This document shows, one piece after another, positions 22,275 to 33,553 of a DNA stretch of 64,000 nt. The DNA is from a bacterium. GTDB lineage: Bacteria > J088 > JAWLBW01. The stretch lies in contig JAWLHK010000009.1 of the NCBI GenBank assembly GCA_041690355.1, positions 62,001 to 126,000 on the forward strand. The letters are read 5' to 3'. A program made the translations under genes and the position numbers. Below the pieces are notes generated by a model. That model saw only the letters and a list, made by a program, of their open reading frames with translations, searched no databases and was not told the origin of the DNA. How positions within the stretch are numbered: the stretch's first letter is position 1; the number at the start of each line of letters is the position of its first letter.

Positions 22275-23660
22275 CTACACATCCTGCAACGCCCCGGCCA
22301 GCTTCGCGAGCGACTGCTTCGCGTCACCGAAGAGCATGCCGGTGTTCTCCTTGAAGAACAGCGGATTCTCGACCCCCGAGAAGCCGCGGCCGCGCCCGCG
22401 TTTCAACACGATGACCGAGCGGGCGCGGTCGACCTCGAGGATGGGCATGCCTGAGATGGGGCTCCCCGGGTTATCGCGGGCATCGGGGTTGACCACGTCA
22501 TTGGCGCCGATGACCACGGCGACCTCGGTGTTCGGGAACTCGTGGTTGATGGACTCGAGTTCGAAGAGCTTGTCGTACGGAACGTTGGCCTCGGCAAGCA
22601 GGACGTTCATGTGACCGGGCATGCGCCCCGCAACCGGATGGATTGCGTATTTCACGGCCACCCCACGCGCCGTGAGCAGATCGTCGAGCTCGCGCAGCGC
22701 CGTCTGTGCCTGGGCGACCGCCATGCCGTAACCTGGAACAAAGATAACCTGGCGCGCATAGGCCAGCTGAATGGCGGCGTCTTCGAACGACACCTCGCGC
22801 ATCACGCCCCCTTCGCCCGAGGCTGCCGCCGCGCCGGCTTCGGTCCCGAAGCCGCCGAACATGACGTTGACGAGCGAGCGGTTCATGGCCTTCGTCATGA
22901 TCCGGGTGAGCATGAGCCCCGAAGTTCCGACGAGTGCGCCGCCGACAATGAGCAGGCTGTTCTGCAGCACGAACCCCGTGGCCGCGGCCGCCATGCCCGA
23001 ATAGCTGTTGAGCAGGGCGACGACGACCGGCATGTCGGCCCCGCCGATGGGGAGCACGAGCAGGAGGCCGAGAATCAGGGCGACGACGGCGATCGCGGCG
23101 GCCGGCCCGGCGCCCCCCTCGAGCACGAGCCATGCAAACGCGGCGAGCATGGCGGCAGCCGTCAGCGCGGTCACGATGCGGCGGCCGGGAAACAGCAGCG
23201 GCCTGCCGCTCAGCAGCTCCTGCAGCTTGGCGAAAGCCACCAGGCTGCCGGTGAACGTGAGCGCACCGATGGCCAGACTGAAGCCGATCGTAATCCGATA
23301 GTCCGTCTCGGCGGCAAGCACCGTGGCCTGACCCCACTCGTGACCGTAGCTTCCCAGGCCGACAAGGGCAGAGGCCAGTCCCCCGAAGCCGTTCAGCAGC
23401 GCAACCATCTGGGGCATGGCCGTCATGCGCACCCGGTAGGCGAGCGCCAGGCCGATGGCTGCTCCGAGGGCGACCGCCAGCGCGATCCAGCCCAGGCGCA
23501 GGCCCGGGGTCGCAAGCGTGATGGCGATGGCCAGGGCCATGCCCGACATCGAAAGTACGTTTCCGCGGCGCGCCGTTACCGGAGAACCAAGCCGTTTCAG
23601 CCCGAGGATGAACAGGACCGTCGCGGCCATGTAGGCCAGATCGGTGAGTGTGGCCGTCAT
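22275..23660 (-). CDS. pntB: NAD(P) transhydrogenase beta subunit
   Basis: MPQMVALLNGFGG, IGGADMPVV, NSYSG, AMNRS, VPGYGMAVAQAQ, HPVAGRMPGHMNVLLAEA, GANDVVNP; ATGA overlap with the upstream gene. Confidence 0.96.
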   Translation of the reverse strand: MTATLTDLAYMAATVLFILGLKRLGSPVTARRGNVLSMSGMALAIAITLATPGLRLGWIALAVALGAAIGLALAYRVRMTAMPQMVALLNGFGGLASALVGLGSYGHEWGQATVLAAETDYRITIGFSLAIGALTFTGSLVAFAKLQELLSGRPLLFPGRRIVTALTAAAMLAAFAWLVLEGGAGPAAAIAVVALILGLLLVLPIGGADMPVVVALLNSYSGMAAAATGFVLQNSLLIVGGALVGTSGLMLTRIMTKAMNRSLVNVMFGGFGTEAGAAAASGEGGVMREVSFEDAAIQLAYARQVIFVPGYGMAVAQAQTALRELDDLLTARGVAVKYAIHPVAGRMPGHMNVLLAEANVPYDKLFELESINHEFPNTEVAVVIGANDVVNPDARDNPGSPISGMPILEVDRARSVIVLKRGRGRGFSGVENPLFFKENTGMLFGDAKQSLAKLAGALQDV

Positions 23661-23944
23661 TTCCCGGGCTCCCTGCGGCGGAACATTCCGAGCATGCGAT
23701 CGGTCACCGCGAAGCCGCCGACGACGTTCACGGTCGCGAGAAAGATCGCGCCCAGTCCGAGCGCCTCGACCCACGGATCTGCCGCGGCGCCGGCGACGAT
23801 CAGGGCGCCGAGAATGGTGATGCCCGAGACGGCGTTCGTTCCCGACATGAGCGGCGTATGAAGCGTCTGCGGAACTTTGGAGATGAGCTCGGCTCCCAGG
23901 AACGAGGCCAGCAGGAGCACGAAGAGCATTGTCAGAAGGGTCAT
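23657..23944 (-). CDS. pntAB: NAD(P) transhydrogenase alpha subunit part 2
   Basis: LHTPLMSGTNAVSG, NVVGGFAVTDRMLGMF. Confidence 0.93.
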   Translation of the reverse strand: MTLLTMLFVLLLASFLGAELISKVPQTLHTPLMSGTNAVSGITILGALIVAGAAADPWVEALGLGAIFLATVNVVGGFAVTDRMLGMFRRREPGK

Positions 23945-25098
23945 GGTTTTCGCTCGCTCTGCTGAAGGGCCGCCTGTACGCGGGGGTTCACGATGCGCCC
24001 GGCCTCGAGCACGAGGGTCGCGGCGACGATCTCGTCGGCGGTGTCGAAACCCGGGCCCGGCCTGCCGGGGTCGAAGACATGTTGAAGAAAGCTCGCCATG
24101 TTGCGCGAGAACAGACGGCTCGCATCACGAGGAACCGTAGCGGCCGGATTGAGCGGTCCCATGAGGGTCACGCCGTTCACGACGTACTCGGCCCCCGGCG
24201 AGGTGAGCGCGCAGTTGCCGCCGTTGGGAGCGGCCAGGTCGACCACCACCGCGCCGGGGCGCATACCGTGCACGGCCTCTTCGGTCAGCAGCAGGGGCGC
24301 ACGCCGGCCGGGTATCAGGGCCGTCGTGATGACGACGTCGGCCTTTTTTGCGTGCTCGGCCACGAGGCGCCGCCCGCGTTCGGCCGCCTCTTCGGTCAGC
24401 TCCCGCGCATAGCCGCCGGCGTCTTCGGTCTCGATGCCGCCGAGGTCGACTTCGAGAAAACGGGCTCCCAGCGAGCGCACCTGTTCGCCGGCGGCGGGGC
24501 GCACGTCATAGGCCTCGACGCTGGCGCCGAGACGCCGGGCGGTTGCGATGGCCTGGAGCCCGGCCACGCCGGCGCCGAGTACGAGCACGTTGGCGGGCGG
24601 CACGGTGCCGGCCGCCGTCATGAGCAGGGGAAACATGCCCGGAAACCGGACCGCGGCGTCGAGCACGGCCCGATAACCGGCGACGGTGGCCATGCTCGAG
24701 AGCACGTCCATCGACTGGGCGCGCGTGATGCGCGGCACGAGCTCGAGCGCGAAGGCGGTGAGCCCGCGCGCCGCCGGCTCGCTCAGCCCCCGCGGTTCGT
24801 CGAGCGGGCGCCACAGGGCGACGACGGCCGTCCCCGCGGGCAGACGGGCCACGACGTCGTCGGCCGGCCGATGCACCGCCGCCAGGATACCCGCGTTCTG
24901 CAGGACCGCTTCGACCGTGGACTCCACGGCGGCCCCCGCTTCCCGGTAGGCCCCGTCGTCCCATCCGGCGGCAAGGCCCGCGCCGCTCTCGACAGCGATG
25001 TGAAACCCGCCGCGCACGAGCGTACGAACCGAATCGGGACTCAGGGCAACCCGGGTCTCTCCCGCCAGGCGTTCGCGCAGTACGGCAATGCTGGTCAC
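23941..25098 (-). CDS. pntAA: NAD(P) transhydrogenase alpha subunit part 1
   Basis: GETRVA, PRITRAQSMDVLSSM, GAGVAGLQA, GGYA, TTALIPG, DLAAPNGGN; GTG start with GGGAGG RBS. Confidence 0.95.
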   Translation of the reverse strand: MTSIAVLRERLAGETRVALSPDSVRTLVRGGFHIAVESGAGLAAGWDDGAYREAGAAVESTVEAVLQNAGILAAVHRPADDVVARLPAGTAVVALWRPLDEPRGLSEPAARGLTAFALELVPRITRAQSMDVLSSMATVAGYRAVLDAAVRFPGMFPLLMTAAGTVPPANVLVLGAGVAGLQAIATARRLGASVEAYDVRPAAGEQVRSLGARFLEVDLGGIETEDAGGYARELTEEAAERGRRLVAEHAKKADVVITTALIPGRRAPLLLTEEAVHGMRPGAVVVDLAAPNGGNCALTSPGAEYVVNGVTLMGPLNPAATVPRDASRLFSRNMASFLQHVFDPGRPGPGFDTADEIVAATLVLEAGRIVNPRVQAALQQSERKP

Positions 25099-25280
25099 CC
25101 GCCCTCCCCTTGGCTCCTCGACGCGGGCCGCGGCATCCGCCGGGCCATTTCAGGGGGAACGGCGGTTGGCGGCAGCCGGATACGCCGCGTCTCGGCCGGT
25201 CCCCTGACGTTTTCAGTGTACGGGGATCGGCGCCGAACCGGGCGGCGCCGCTCTGGGATGACGGAAAGGGGGTTGCTTTT

Positions 25281-27941
25281 TCAGCGGCGGCGTAGACGGC
25301 GCAGCAGCGGCAGGGCGATCAGGAGCAGGAGCGCCGGAGCGGCCGACGAGGCGCATCCGCCGTCTGGCTCGGCGACGTGCGCCTGCACGGTGACGGTGGC
25401 CTCATGTCCGGCGGCGTCGCGGGCCGAGACCCGCAGCGTATGCCGACCCGGGCGCAGGGTCTGCGCATGCTCTGCCGCTTCGATCCACTCGCCGTCGCCG
25501 AACCGGAGGGCGACCGGGGTGGCGTCGAAAGCCGTGGCCGTCAGCCGGTTCCCCTCGACGCGCGTGCGGATCTGCGGAGCGGCCCGATCGAGCGTGAAGC
25601 GCACGGTCGACTCGCGGCCGTCCTGGCGAAAATCGAGGCGGTGCAGGCCGTCGAAGGGGATCGCGGCTGTCCATGCCCCCGTCTGCGCACGCGACCAGAA
25701 GCCGCCGTTCAGGCGCCAGAGGTAGGGCCGCCCCGGATCGAGGCCGGCCTCTGCGGGAGAGAGCGAAACGTCGAGCCCTGCGGCGAAGAGCCCCAGGTCG
25801 ACGGGCGCCGGGGCCGGGGGCGGCGCCAGGGCGAACAGGCAGTTCGTGATGAGCTGACTGAAATCCAGGTATCCGCTGAAGTTCAGATACAGGTTCAGGT
25901 AGTTGTCGACCCCCGTCAGCGGATCGGTACCCGACGACGTCAGCACCAGATCGCGCTGCCGCAGGCCACCCAGGCAATCCGTCACGGCCCCCAGCTCCAG
26001 ATTGCCGATCGCGGTCGCCAGCTCGGGCGCCATCAGATCTAGCACGCCGGGAATCAGTACCGCGAGCTTTTCGTTGGCATCCGGATTCAACTCGTTGAAG
26101 ACGACGCGGTTCGCGCTGTCGAACTTCACGCTCAGGTCGATGAGCGGGGCCGCGTTGAAGTCGATACCGCGCAGGTCGACGGCCGCCGTGACGTCGACCG
26201 CGAACCCGAAGGCGCGCACCGGCCGCACATTGAGGCCGTGCCCCATCTCGACATAGACATCGACGTAGAGCGACGGGGCCGATACGCGGAAGAAACTTCC
26301 ATCCCCTACGTCGCCGAAAGTGACGTAGGGCGACTGACGCGGCGAAACCTGGACGATCACCGGGGCCCCGGGCGCCATCTCGGCAAGCCAGGGAACAAAC
26401 GGCGCGAAACTGGTCGTCGTGAGCAGGCCCGCGAGCTCAGGCGGCAGGCTCGGATCATGCGGCGAGATCGTCGCGCACATCATGCCCGCGAGCCAGAGGC
26501 TGTAGACGACCTGGTTGAGCAGATCGTCGGAGATGGCCATGCCGATCTGATAAGGAACGTTGCGGCCGGGAATCAAATTACCGAGCTGCGGCGGATCGTG
26601 TCCCGCGCTGCCGTCGGCCTCGAGGCTCGTGTAACGGAACGAGGGGGGGAGCACCGGATTGGCGCACCCCGAGATGTCCTCGGAGTAGAGTCCCCCGTCG
26701 AGCAGAAAGAAGGCCTCGGGAATTCCCGACGGATTCGACTCGTAGGCGGCGTTGAAGTTGAATCCGAACGCGTGCCCGGTCAGATCGCTGAGTTCTTCGG
26801 CAAAGGACTTGAAGTTGACGACCGGGTCGGGCGTGCCGTCCTTCTCCTTGTCGAACATGAGCTGATTGATGCCGTCCATGAGCACGTCGGAAAGCGCGGC
26901 GTTCAGCTCGCGCTCGAAGAACTGCAGGGCGGCGCTCCCCAGCGCGAGCTCCACGGCCGACATCGCTTCGCTCACCTGGCTCCGCTGCGCCGAGCAGTCG
27001 AGTCCGGCCGTGTCGCAGAGGTTGAAGACCGCGTAGAGAGCCGGGTTCTGCGTGAGGGGCGTGAGAATCTTCAGGTTCTGGGCCAGGCGCGTGTGAAAGT
27101 CGCGCACGTCGACGAACAGGACATTGTCTTCAAAGAACGGACGCAGCATGCCGCCGGTGACCAGTTCGGCCTCGAGGGTCGCAATGAACGTGCTCTGACA
27201 CCCCGTGCCCAGAATGTTCAGCTTGAGAACCTGGCTCTCGCGGTTGTAGCAGGACTCCAGGTCGCCGCCCCCCGCCATGCCGTCGAAGACCAGCTCGGGA
27301 ATCAGGAAGTGGACGTACAGAATCGGGTGATCGGGCACCAGATCGAGCTGGGCGCTCGCGCCGTTGGCCTCTTCCAGATACAGCGCCGCGAAAAGCGCGT
27401 TCGCGACCGGGCTGGCGAGGCCGTCGACGGGCGACGTGTCGATGGCGGTGAGCACTTTTTCGTAGCGAAAACCGCGGGCGACCGCGCCGGTCACGGGAAT
27501 GGCCACCTGTCCGGCGCCGACCGCAGGCGCGGCTTCATCCTCCTGATACATGACGTACGGGCACCAGGGGCGCGACGTCTCGCCCGGGATGTACTCGGTA
27601 TCGTCGAGCCGGCCGCCGACGTTGAGGTTGTCGCGGCCGCAGGGGATGGTGATCCGGAAGTTTCCCCCGAAAATCGGCATGATGATCGAGAAGTACTGCC
27701 CTTCGAGCGCCTCGACGATGGTATCTTTCAGATCGGAGGTTTCCAGCCCGTAGCGCAGCTGCTCACCGATGAAGTCGAGCCCCGCCTCGGGGATTTTCAC
27801 GGTCACCCCGTGCGGCAGGGCCGCATCGTGGGGGCGGGTCTCGGCGTAGGGGCGCTCAGGCTGGTAGGCGAGGCCCCGCCCCGGGAGCAGGAAGGCGGCC
27901 AGGGCCGTCAAAATGAGCGTCGAGAGGGTGCGCGCCAGCAT
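25281..27941 (-). CDS. Large exported protein with BPI/LBP-like signatures, Ig-like C-terminal region and MYXO-CTERM-like anchor
   Basis: Signal peptide MLARTLSTLILTALAAFLLPGRGLA; GVTVKIPEAGLDFI and IGMAISDDLLNQVVYSLWLAG motifs; C-terminus [27 protein letters not shown]. The CDS is secure, the fold call is tentative. Confidence 0.75.
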   Translation of the reverse strand: MLARTLSTLILTALAAFLLPGRGLAYQPERPYAETRPHDAALPHGVTVKIPEAGLDFIGEQLRYGLETSDLKDTIVEALEGQYFSIIMPIFGGNFRITIPCGRDNLNVGGRLDDTEYIPGETSRPWCPYVMYQEDEAAPAVGAGQVAIPVTGAVARGFRYEKVLTAIDTSPVDGLASPVANALFAALYLEEANGASAQLDLVPDHPILYVHFLIPELVFDGMAGGGDLESCYNRESQVLKLNILGTGCQSTFIATLEAELVTGGMLRPFFEDNVLFVDVRDFHTRLAQNLKILTPLTQNPALYAVFNLCDTAGLDCSAQRSQVSEAMSAVELALGSAALQFFERELNAALSDVLMDGINQLMFDKEKDGTPDPVVNFKSFAEELSDLTGHAFGFNFNAAYESNPSGIPEAFFLLDGGLYSEDISGCANPVLPPSFRYTSLEADGSAGHDPPQLGNLIPGRNVPYQIGMAISDDLLNQVVYSLWLAGMMCATISPHDPSLPPELAGLLTTTSFAPFVPWLAEMAPGAPVIVQVSPRQSPYVTFGDVGDGSFFRVSAPSLYVDVYVEMGHGLNVRPVRAFGFAVDVTAAVDLRGIDFNAAPLIDLSVKFDSANRVVFNELNPDANEKLAVLIPGVLDLMAPELATAIGNLELGAVTDCLGGLRQRDLVLTSSGTDPLTGVDNYLNLYLNFSGYLDFSQLITNCLFALAPPPAPAPVDLGLFAAGLDVSLSPAEAGLDPGRPYLWRLNGGFWSRAQTGAWTAAIPFDGLHRLDFRQDGRESTVRFTLDRAAPQIRTRVEGNRLTATAFDATPVALRFGDGEWIEAAEHAQTLRPGRHTLRVSARDAAGHEATVTVQAHVAEPDGGCASSAAPALLLLIALPLLRRLRRR

Positions 27942-27974
27942 GCGCTGATCATACCCGCTCACGCGAACCGGTGC

Positions 27975-28141
27975 CAATCGTCAGTCGCCAGTCATGAGTC
28001 ATGAGTCGGGGCGAAGCGCCGAGCGCTGAGCACCAAGCGCCAACGAAGCTAGTACCCTTCAGCACAAGGTACTGTCGGGGAACTCGTCAATCGTCAATCG
28101 TCAATTTCCGGATTCGTCACTCGTAACTCGTGATTCGTCAC
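27975..28141. repeat. Intergenic heptameric tandem-repeat cluster
   Basis: GTCATGA x2, GCGCCGA-like x4, TCGTCAA x3 and (T/C)TCGT(C/A/G)A x4 around a small hairpin AGTACCCTT...AAGGTACT. Confidence 0.7.
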
Positions 28142-28171
28142 TGTATTGGGTATGCGCTATGCTGTTGCCCT

Positions 28172-29458
28172 ATGGTGAATCTGGCCACGCATGTGACGGC
28201 CGTACTCGCACGCCTCGGGATTCCCCCCGATGCGCCGCTCGTCGCCGCCGTCTCGGGAGGGCGCGATTCCGTCGCGCTCCTGCTCGCCCTGGCCGAAGGC
28301 CCCCGCCGGCCGCATCTCAGGGTCGCCCACGTCGATCACGGGCTGCGCCCCGAAGGGCCCGCCGAGGCAGAGTTCGTCGGTCGCCTGTGCGCGCGGCTCG
28401 GCGTTTCCCTTTCTGCGACGCGTCTCGCCCTCGACACCGCGGCCGTCGGGAATCTGGCCGCCCGCCTGCGAGAGGCCCGCTATGCCTTTCTGCGCGAGGT
28501 GGCCGGCGAAGGGTTCATCCTCACGGCGCACCACGCCGACGACCAGGCCGTGACCCTGCTCATGCGCCTTATCGAAGGGGCCGCCCTGCCGGGCCTGGCG
28601 GCCATGGCGCCCCGCCAGAGGAATCTGGTGCGTCCGCTCCTCGACGTGCCCCGTGAGGCGCTCGAGGCGTGGCTGCGGGCCCGGGGCGAAGCCTGGTGCG
28701 AAGATCCGTCGAATGCCGTCGAGCGCGCCTTCCGCAATCGCGTCCGCGAGCGTTATCTGCCCCTCTTCGAAACCGAGCGCCCCGGCGCCGCCCGCCGTCT
28801 CGCCCTGAGCGCCGCGCGGCTGCGCGAAGACGACGAGGCCCTCCAGGCGCTGGCGGCGCGGCTGGCCGAACCCGCCCTGCACGGGTGGAACTGGGTTGCC
28901 CTGCCGCTGCAGCCGCTCCCCCCGCCCGCCATCCTGCGACGTCTGCTCGCGCGGCTGCTTGAGCGGCGCTGGGGCCTCGAAGGGCCCGGCGCCGAAGCCT
29001 GGGCCGCCATGGCGGGGCCGCTCGCCGCAGGGCGCACGGTCAACCTGCCGGGGCGCACGACCGCCGTCTGGCGACGCGGCGAGCTCTGTCTGCACCGGGC
29101 GGCCTCGCTGCCGGCGTACACCGTCGCAATTCCCACCCCGGGCGTCTATACTCTTCCGCTGGGCCGGCTCGTCGTCTCCGCGCCCTCTGCGGCGCCCGGC
29201 CGCGAGCGCACGGATGCCGGCGCGCTTCCGCTTCCGCTCATCGCGCGCCCCTGGCGCCCGGGTGAGACCGCGGGGCCTCACGGACGGCCGGTGGCCGACC
29301 GTCTCGCGCGGGCCGGCGTTCCCGGCTACCGCCGGCGCGGATGGCCCGTGCTGGTCGATGCGGCTGATCGCGTCGTCGCCCTGCCCTTACCCTTGCAGGC
29401 GGCCGGCGCCGGCCCCGGGTTCGACGATGCCGCGCAGGGTCCGGAAGAGGGTCACTAA
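28172..29458 (+). CDS. tilS: tRNA(Ile)-lysidine synthetase
   Basis: AVSGGRDS PP-loop, HVDHGLR, REARY, TAHHADD, RPLL, EDPSN, RNRVR; upstream of ftsH. Confidence 0.93.
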   Translation: MVNLATHVTAVLARLGIPPDAPLVAAVSGGRDSVALLLALAEGPRRPHLRVAHVDHGLRPEGPAEAEFVGRLCARLGVSLSATRLALDTAAVGNLAARLREARYAFLREVAGEGFILTAHHADDQAVTLLMRLIEGAALPGLAAMAPRQRNLVRPLLDVPREALEAWLRARGEAWCEDPSNAVERAFRNRVRERYLPLFETERPGAARRLALSAARLREDDEALQALAARLAEPALHGWNWVALPLQPLPPPAILRRLLARLLERRWGLEGPGAEAWAAMAGPLAAGRTVNLPGRTTAVWRRGELCLHRAASLPAYTVAIPTPGVYTLPLGRLVVSAPSAAPGRERTDAGALPLPLIARPWRPGETAGPHGRPVADRLARAGVPGYRRRGWPVLVDAADRVVALPLPLQAAGAGPGFDDAAQGPEEGH

Positions 29459-29471
29459 GGTGGCCAATTCG

Positions 29472-29501
29472 TTGTAGATTGTCATTGGGGTACGTTATAA
29501 T
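29472..29501 (+). promoter_or_regulatory. Sigma70-type promoter of the ftsH operon
   Basis: TTGTAG-18 nt-TATAAT in an AT-rich gap; perfect -10 at 29496-29501. Confidence 0.6.
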
Positions 29502-29590
29502 ACTCGGGCGGGTTTCCGTCTCTGAACCGCCGGCTTCCGGGCATGAGGGAGCACGGCCGGTCGACCGGGAGGCGCCCAGAGGAGGATCGG

Positions 29591-31504
<1,914 letters not shown>

Positions 31505-31597
31505 CGCGTTCGCCGGCGTGCGGCGCTGGCAGGGTGTGGGCCGGAACGCGGTCGGTGCGTTCGTGTCGACACCCTGCTGAGGAACGACCAGGAGCCG

Positions 31598-32779
31598 ATG
31601 GCCGCTGAATTACGTCCGCTCATCCTGCCTACCGAGGCCGATGCCGAGTTGCGCTCCCGCGAGCTCGGCCATCACGGCACGGCGCGCTCCGAGGCGCTGC
31701 GGCTGCGGCGGCGCGCGTTCAAGATTCACGACCTGTCGCCCGATGAAGCGGCGGCGCTGCGCGACGGGGTGCAGGCCCTCGGCGGCGATGCACTTTTCTC
31801 CAGCGCGGGCTCCGAAGCAATCCTGAATCTGGCGGCCGGCCAGCTCCGTGCGCTCGCGGCCCTTGTCTCGAGCGAGGCGGCCCTGGCCACGCGCATCGAG
31901 ACGCTCGCCGACGGCCTCGCCCCCGAACTCTCCTGGGTCGACGGGCAGGGCCGCTCGCTGCTGCGCCCCGCCGGGGTGACCGTCATGGGGGTGCTCAACG
32001 TGACCCCCGACTCCTTCAGCGACGGAGGACGGCACCTCGACCCGATATTGGCCGAAGAGGCCGCTCTGCGCATGGTCGAAGAAGGCGCCGACATCATCGA
32101 CGTCGGCGGCGTATCGACGCGCCCGGGGTCCGAAGCGCCGCCCGAAGCAGAAGAGCTGGCGCGCATCCTGCCGGTGCTCTCGCGCCTCGCCCCGCGCATC
32201 GGCGTACCCCTTTCCGTCGACACGTGGCGCGCGTCCGTCGCCGAGCGCGCCATCGACGCGGGCGCGCGCATCGTCAACGACATTTCCGGATTCACCTTCG
32301 ACCCTGCCCTGGCCGAGGTCTGCGCGCGGCGTGAGGTCGGCGTCGTGCTCATGCACACCCCGTCCCGCCCCGCAGACATGATGGAGCATACGCAATACCG
32401 CGATCTCATCCGCGACGTGCGCCTCTTTCTCGAACAGGCCCTCGAGCGTGCCGCGCATGCGGGCATTGCGTCCGAGCGGGTGGCGCTCGATCCGGGCTTC
32501 GGGTTCGGAAAGACGGCTGACCAGGGATGGGAGATGCTGCGCAGGCTGGGGGAGTTCACGGGAACCGGCCGTCCCCTGCTCGTCGGCGTCAGCCGCAAGA
32601 GCATGTTCCGCGAGGTCCTGGGCGAAGATCGCCCGCCGGCCGATCGCGACGTTGCCAGCGGCGCCGCCGCCATGGCCGCGGCCATGCAGGGCGCGTCGAT
32701 CATCCGCACCCACCAGGTGCGCATTACCCGCGACTGTCTGGCGGTGGCCGGCAGGCTCGCCGTTTACCCGAGGCTGTAA
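31598..32779 (+). CDS. folP: Dihydropteroate synthase with an N-terminal extension
   Basis: MGVLNVTPDSFSDGG, DVGGVSTRPG, DPGFGFGK, GVSRKS, IRTH; about 125 aa extra at the N-terminus. Confidence 0.95.
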   Translation: MAAELRPLILPTEADAELRSRELGHHGTARSEALRLRRRAFKIHDLSPDEAAALRDGVQALGGDALFSSAGSEAILNLAAGQLRALAALVSSEAALATRIETLADGLAPELSWVDGQGRSLLRPAGVTVMGVLNVTPDSFSDGGRHLDPILAEEAALRMVEEGADIIDVGGVSTRPGSEAPPEAEELARILPVLSRLAPRIGVPLSVDTWRASVAERAIDAGARIVNDISGFTFDPALAEVCARREVGVVLMHTPSRPADMMEHTQYRDLIRDVRLFLEQALERAAHAGIASERVALDPGFGFGKTADQGWEMLRRLGEFTGTGRPLLVGVSRKSMFREVLGEDRPPADRDVASGAAAMAAAMQGASIIRTHQVRITRDCLAVAGRLAVYPRL

Positions 32780-33553
32780 GTGGATTTCCTGACGAACCCG
32801 GCATACTGGAAGGACTGGGAGTGGCTGCGCGACGCCTTCGACATCTTTCTCGTCGCCTACCTGGTCTACACGGCCATTCTGCTCATCCGCGGCACGCGCG
32901 CCGTGCAGATGCTCATCGGCCTGTTCGTCGTGGTGCTCGCCTATCTGGCCTCGCAGGCGGTGGGGCTCGTGACCCTCAACTGGCTGCTCACGAACGTCAT
33001 CAACTACCTGGTGCTGATCATCATCATTCTGTTCCAGCACGACATCCGCCGGGCCTTGACCCAGTTCGGACGCAATCCCTTCTTCTCGCAGGGAAACATC
33101 GAGGCACCGGCCCTGATTGAAGAAATCGTCATGGCCTGCGTGCTCATGGCCAACCGGCGCATCGGCGCCCTTCTCGCCATCGAGCGCAAGACGGGCCTGA
33201 ACAATTATGCGGAACTGGGGGTCGCTCTCGACGCCGAGATCAGCAAGGAGCTGCTCCTCAGCATCTTCTCGCCGCGCACGCCGCTGCACGACGGTTCGGT
33301 CATCATCCAGCACGGCCGCATCGCCGCCGCCGGCAGCTTTCTGCCGCTCACGGTCGACCCCGAAGTGCCCAAGAGTCTCGGCACGCGCCACCGCGCGGCG
33401 CTCGGGCTGACCGAAGAGTCAGACGCCGTCGTCATCGTCGTCAGCGAAGAACTGGGCGCCATCAGCCTCGTCGTCGAGGGGAGCATCCGCCACAACCTCG
33501 ACAGCACGACGCTGCGCGCCGAACTGCAACAGCTTCTCGGGGTGCGCCGATGA
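32780..33553 (+). CDS. cdaA: Diadenylate cyclase CdaA (DacA)
   Basis: Three N-terminal TMs, PLHDGS, GTRHRAALG, VVSEE. Confidence 0.95.
   Translation: MDFLTNPAYWKDWEWLRDAFDIFLVAYLVYTAILLIRGTRAVQMLIGLFVVVLAYLASQAVGLVTLNWLLTNVINYLVLIIIILFQHDIRRALTQFGRNPFFSQGNIEAPALIEEIVMACVLMANRRIGALLAIERKTGLNNYAELGVALDAEISKELLLSIFSPRTPLHDGSVIIQHGRIAAAGSFLPLTVDPEVPKSLGTRHRAALGLTEESDAVVIVVSEELGAISLVVEGSIRHNLDSTTLRAELQQLLGVRR

Noticed and set aside
27975-28141. Possible CRISPR array or tRNA in repeat-rich intergenic gaps
   Set aside because: Units are 7 bp with no unique spacers, there are no cas genes, and no cloverleaf signatures.
31598-31975. N-terminal extension on FolP as a novel fusion
   Set aside because: Extended FolP proteins of about 400 aa are familiar in several anaerobic and deltaproteobacterial lineages, and no separate catalytic motif is visible.
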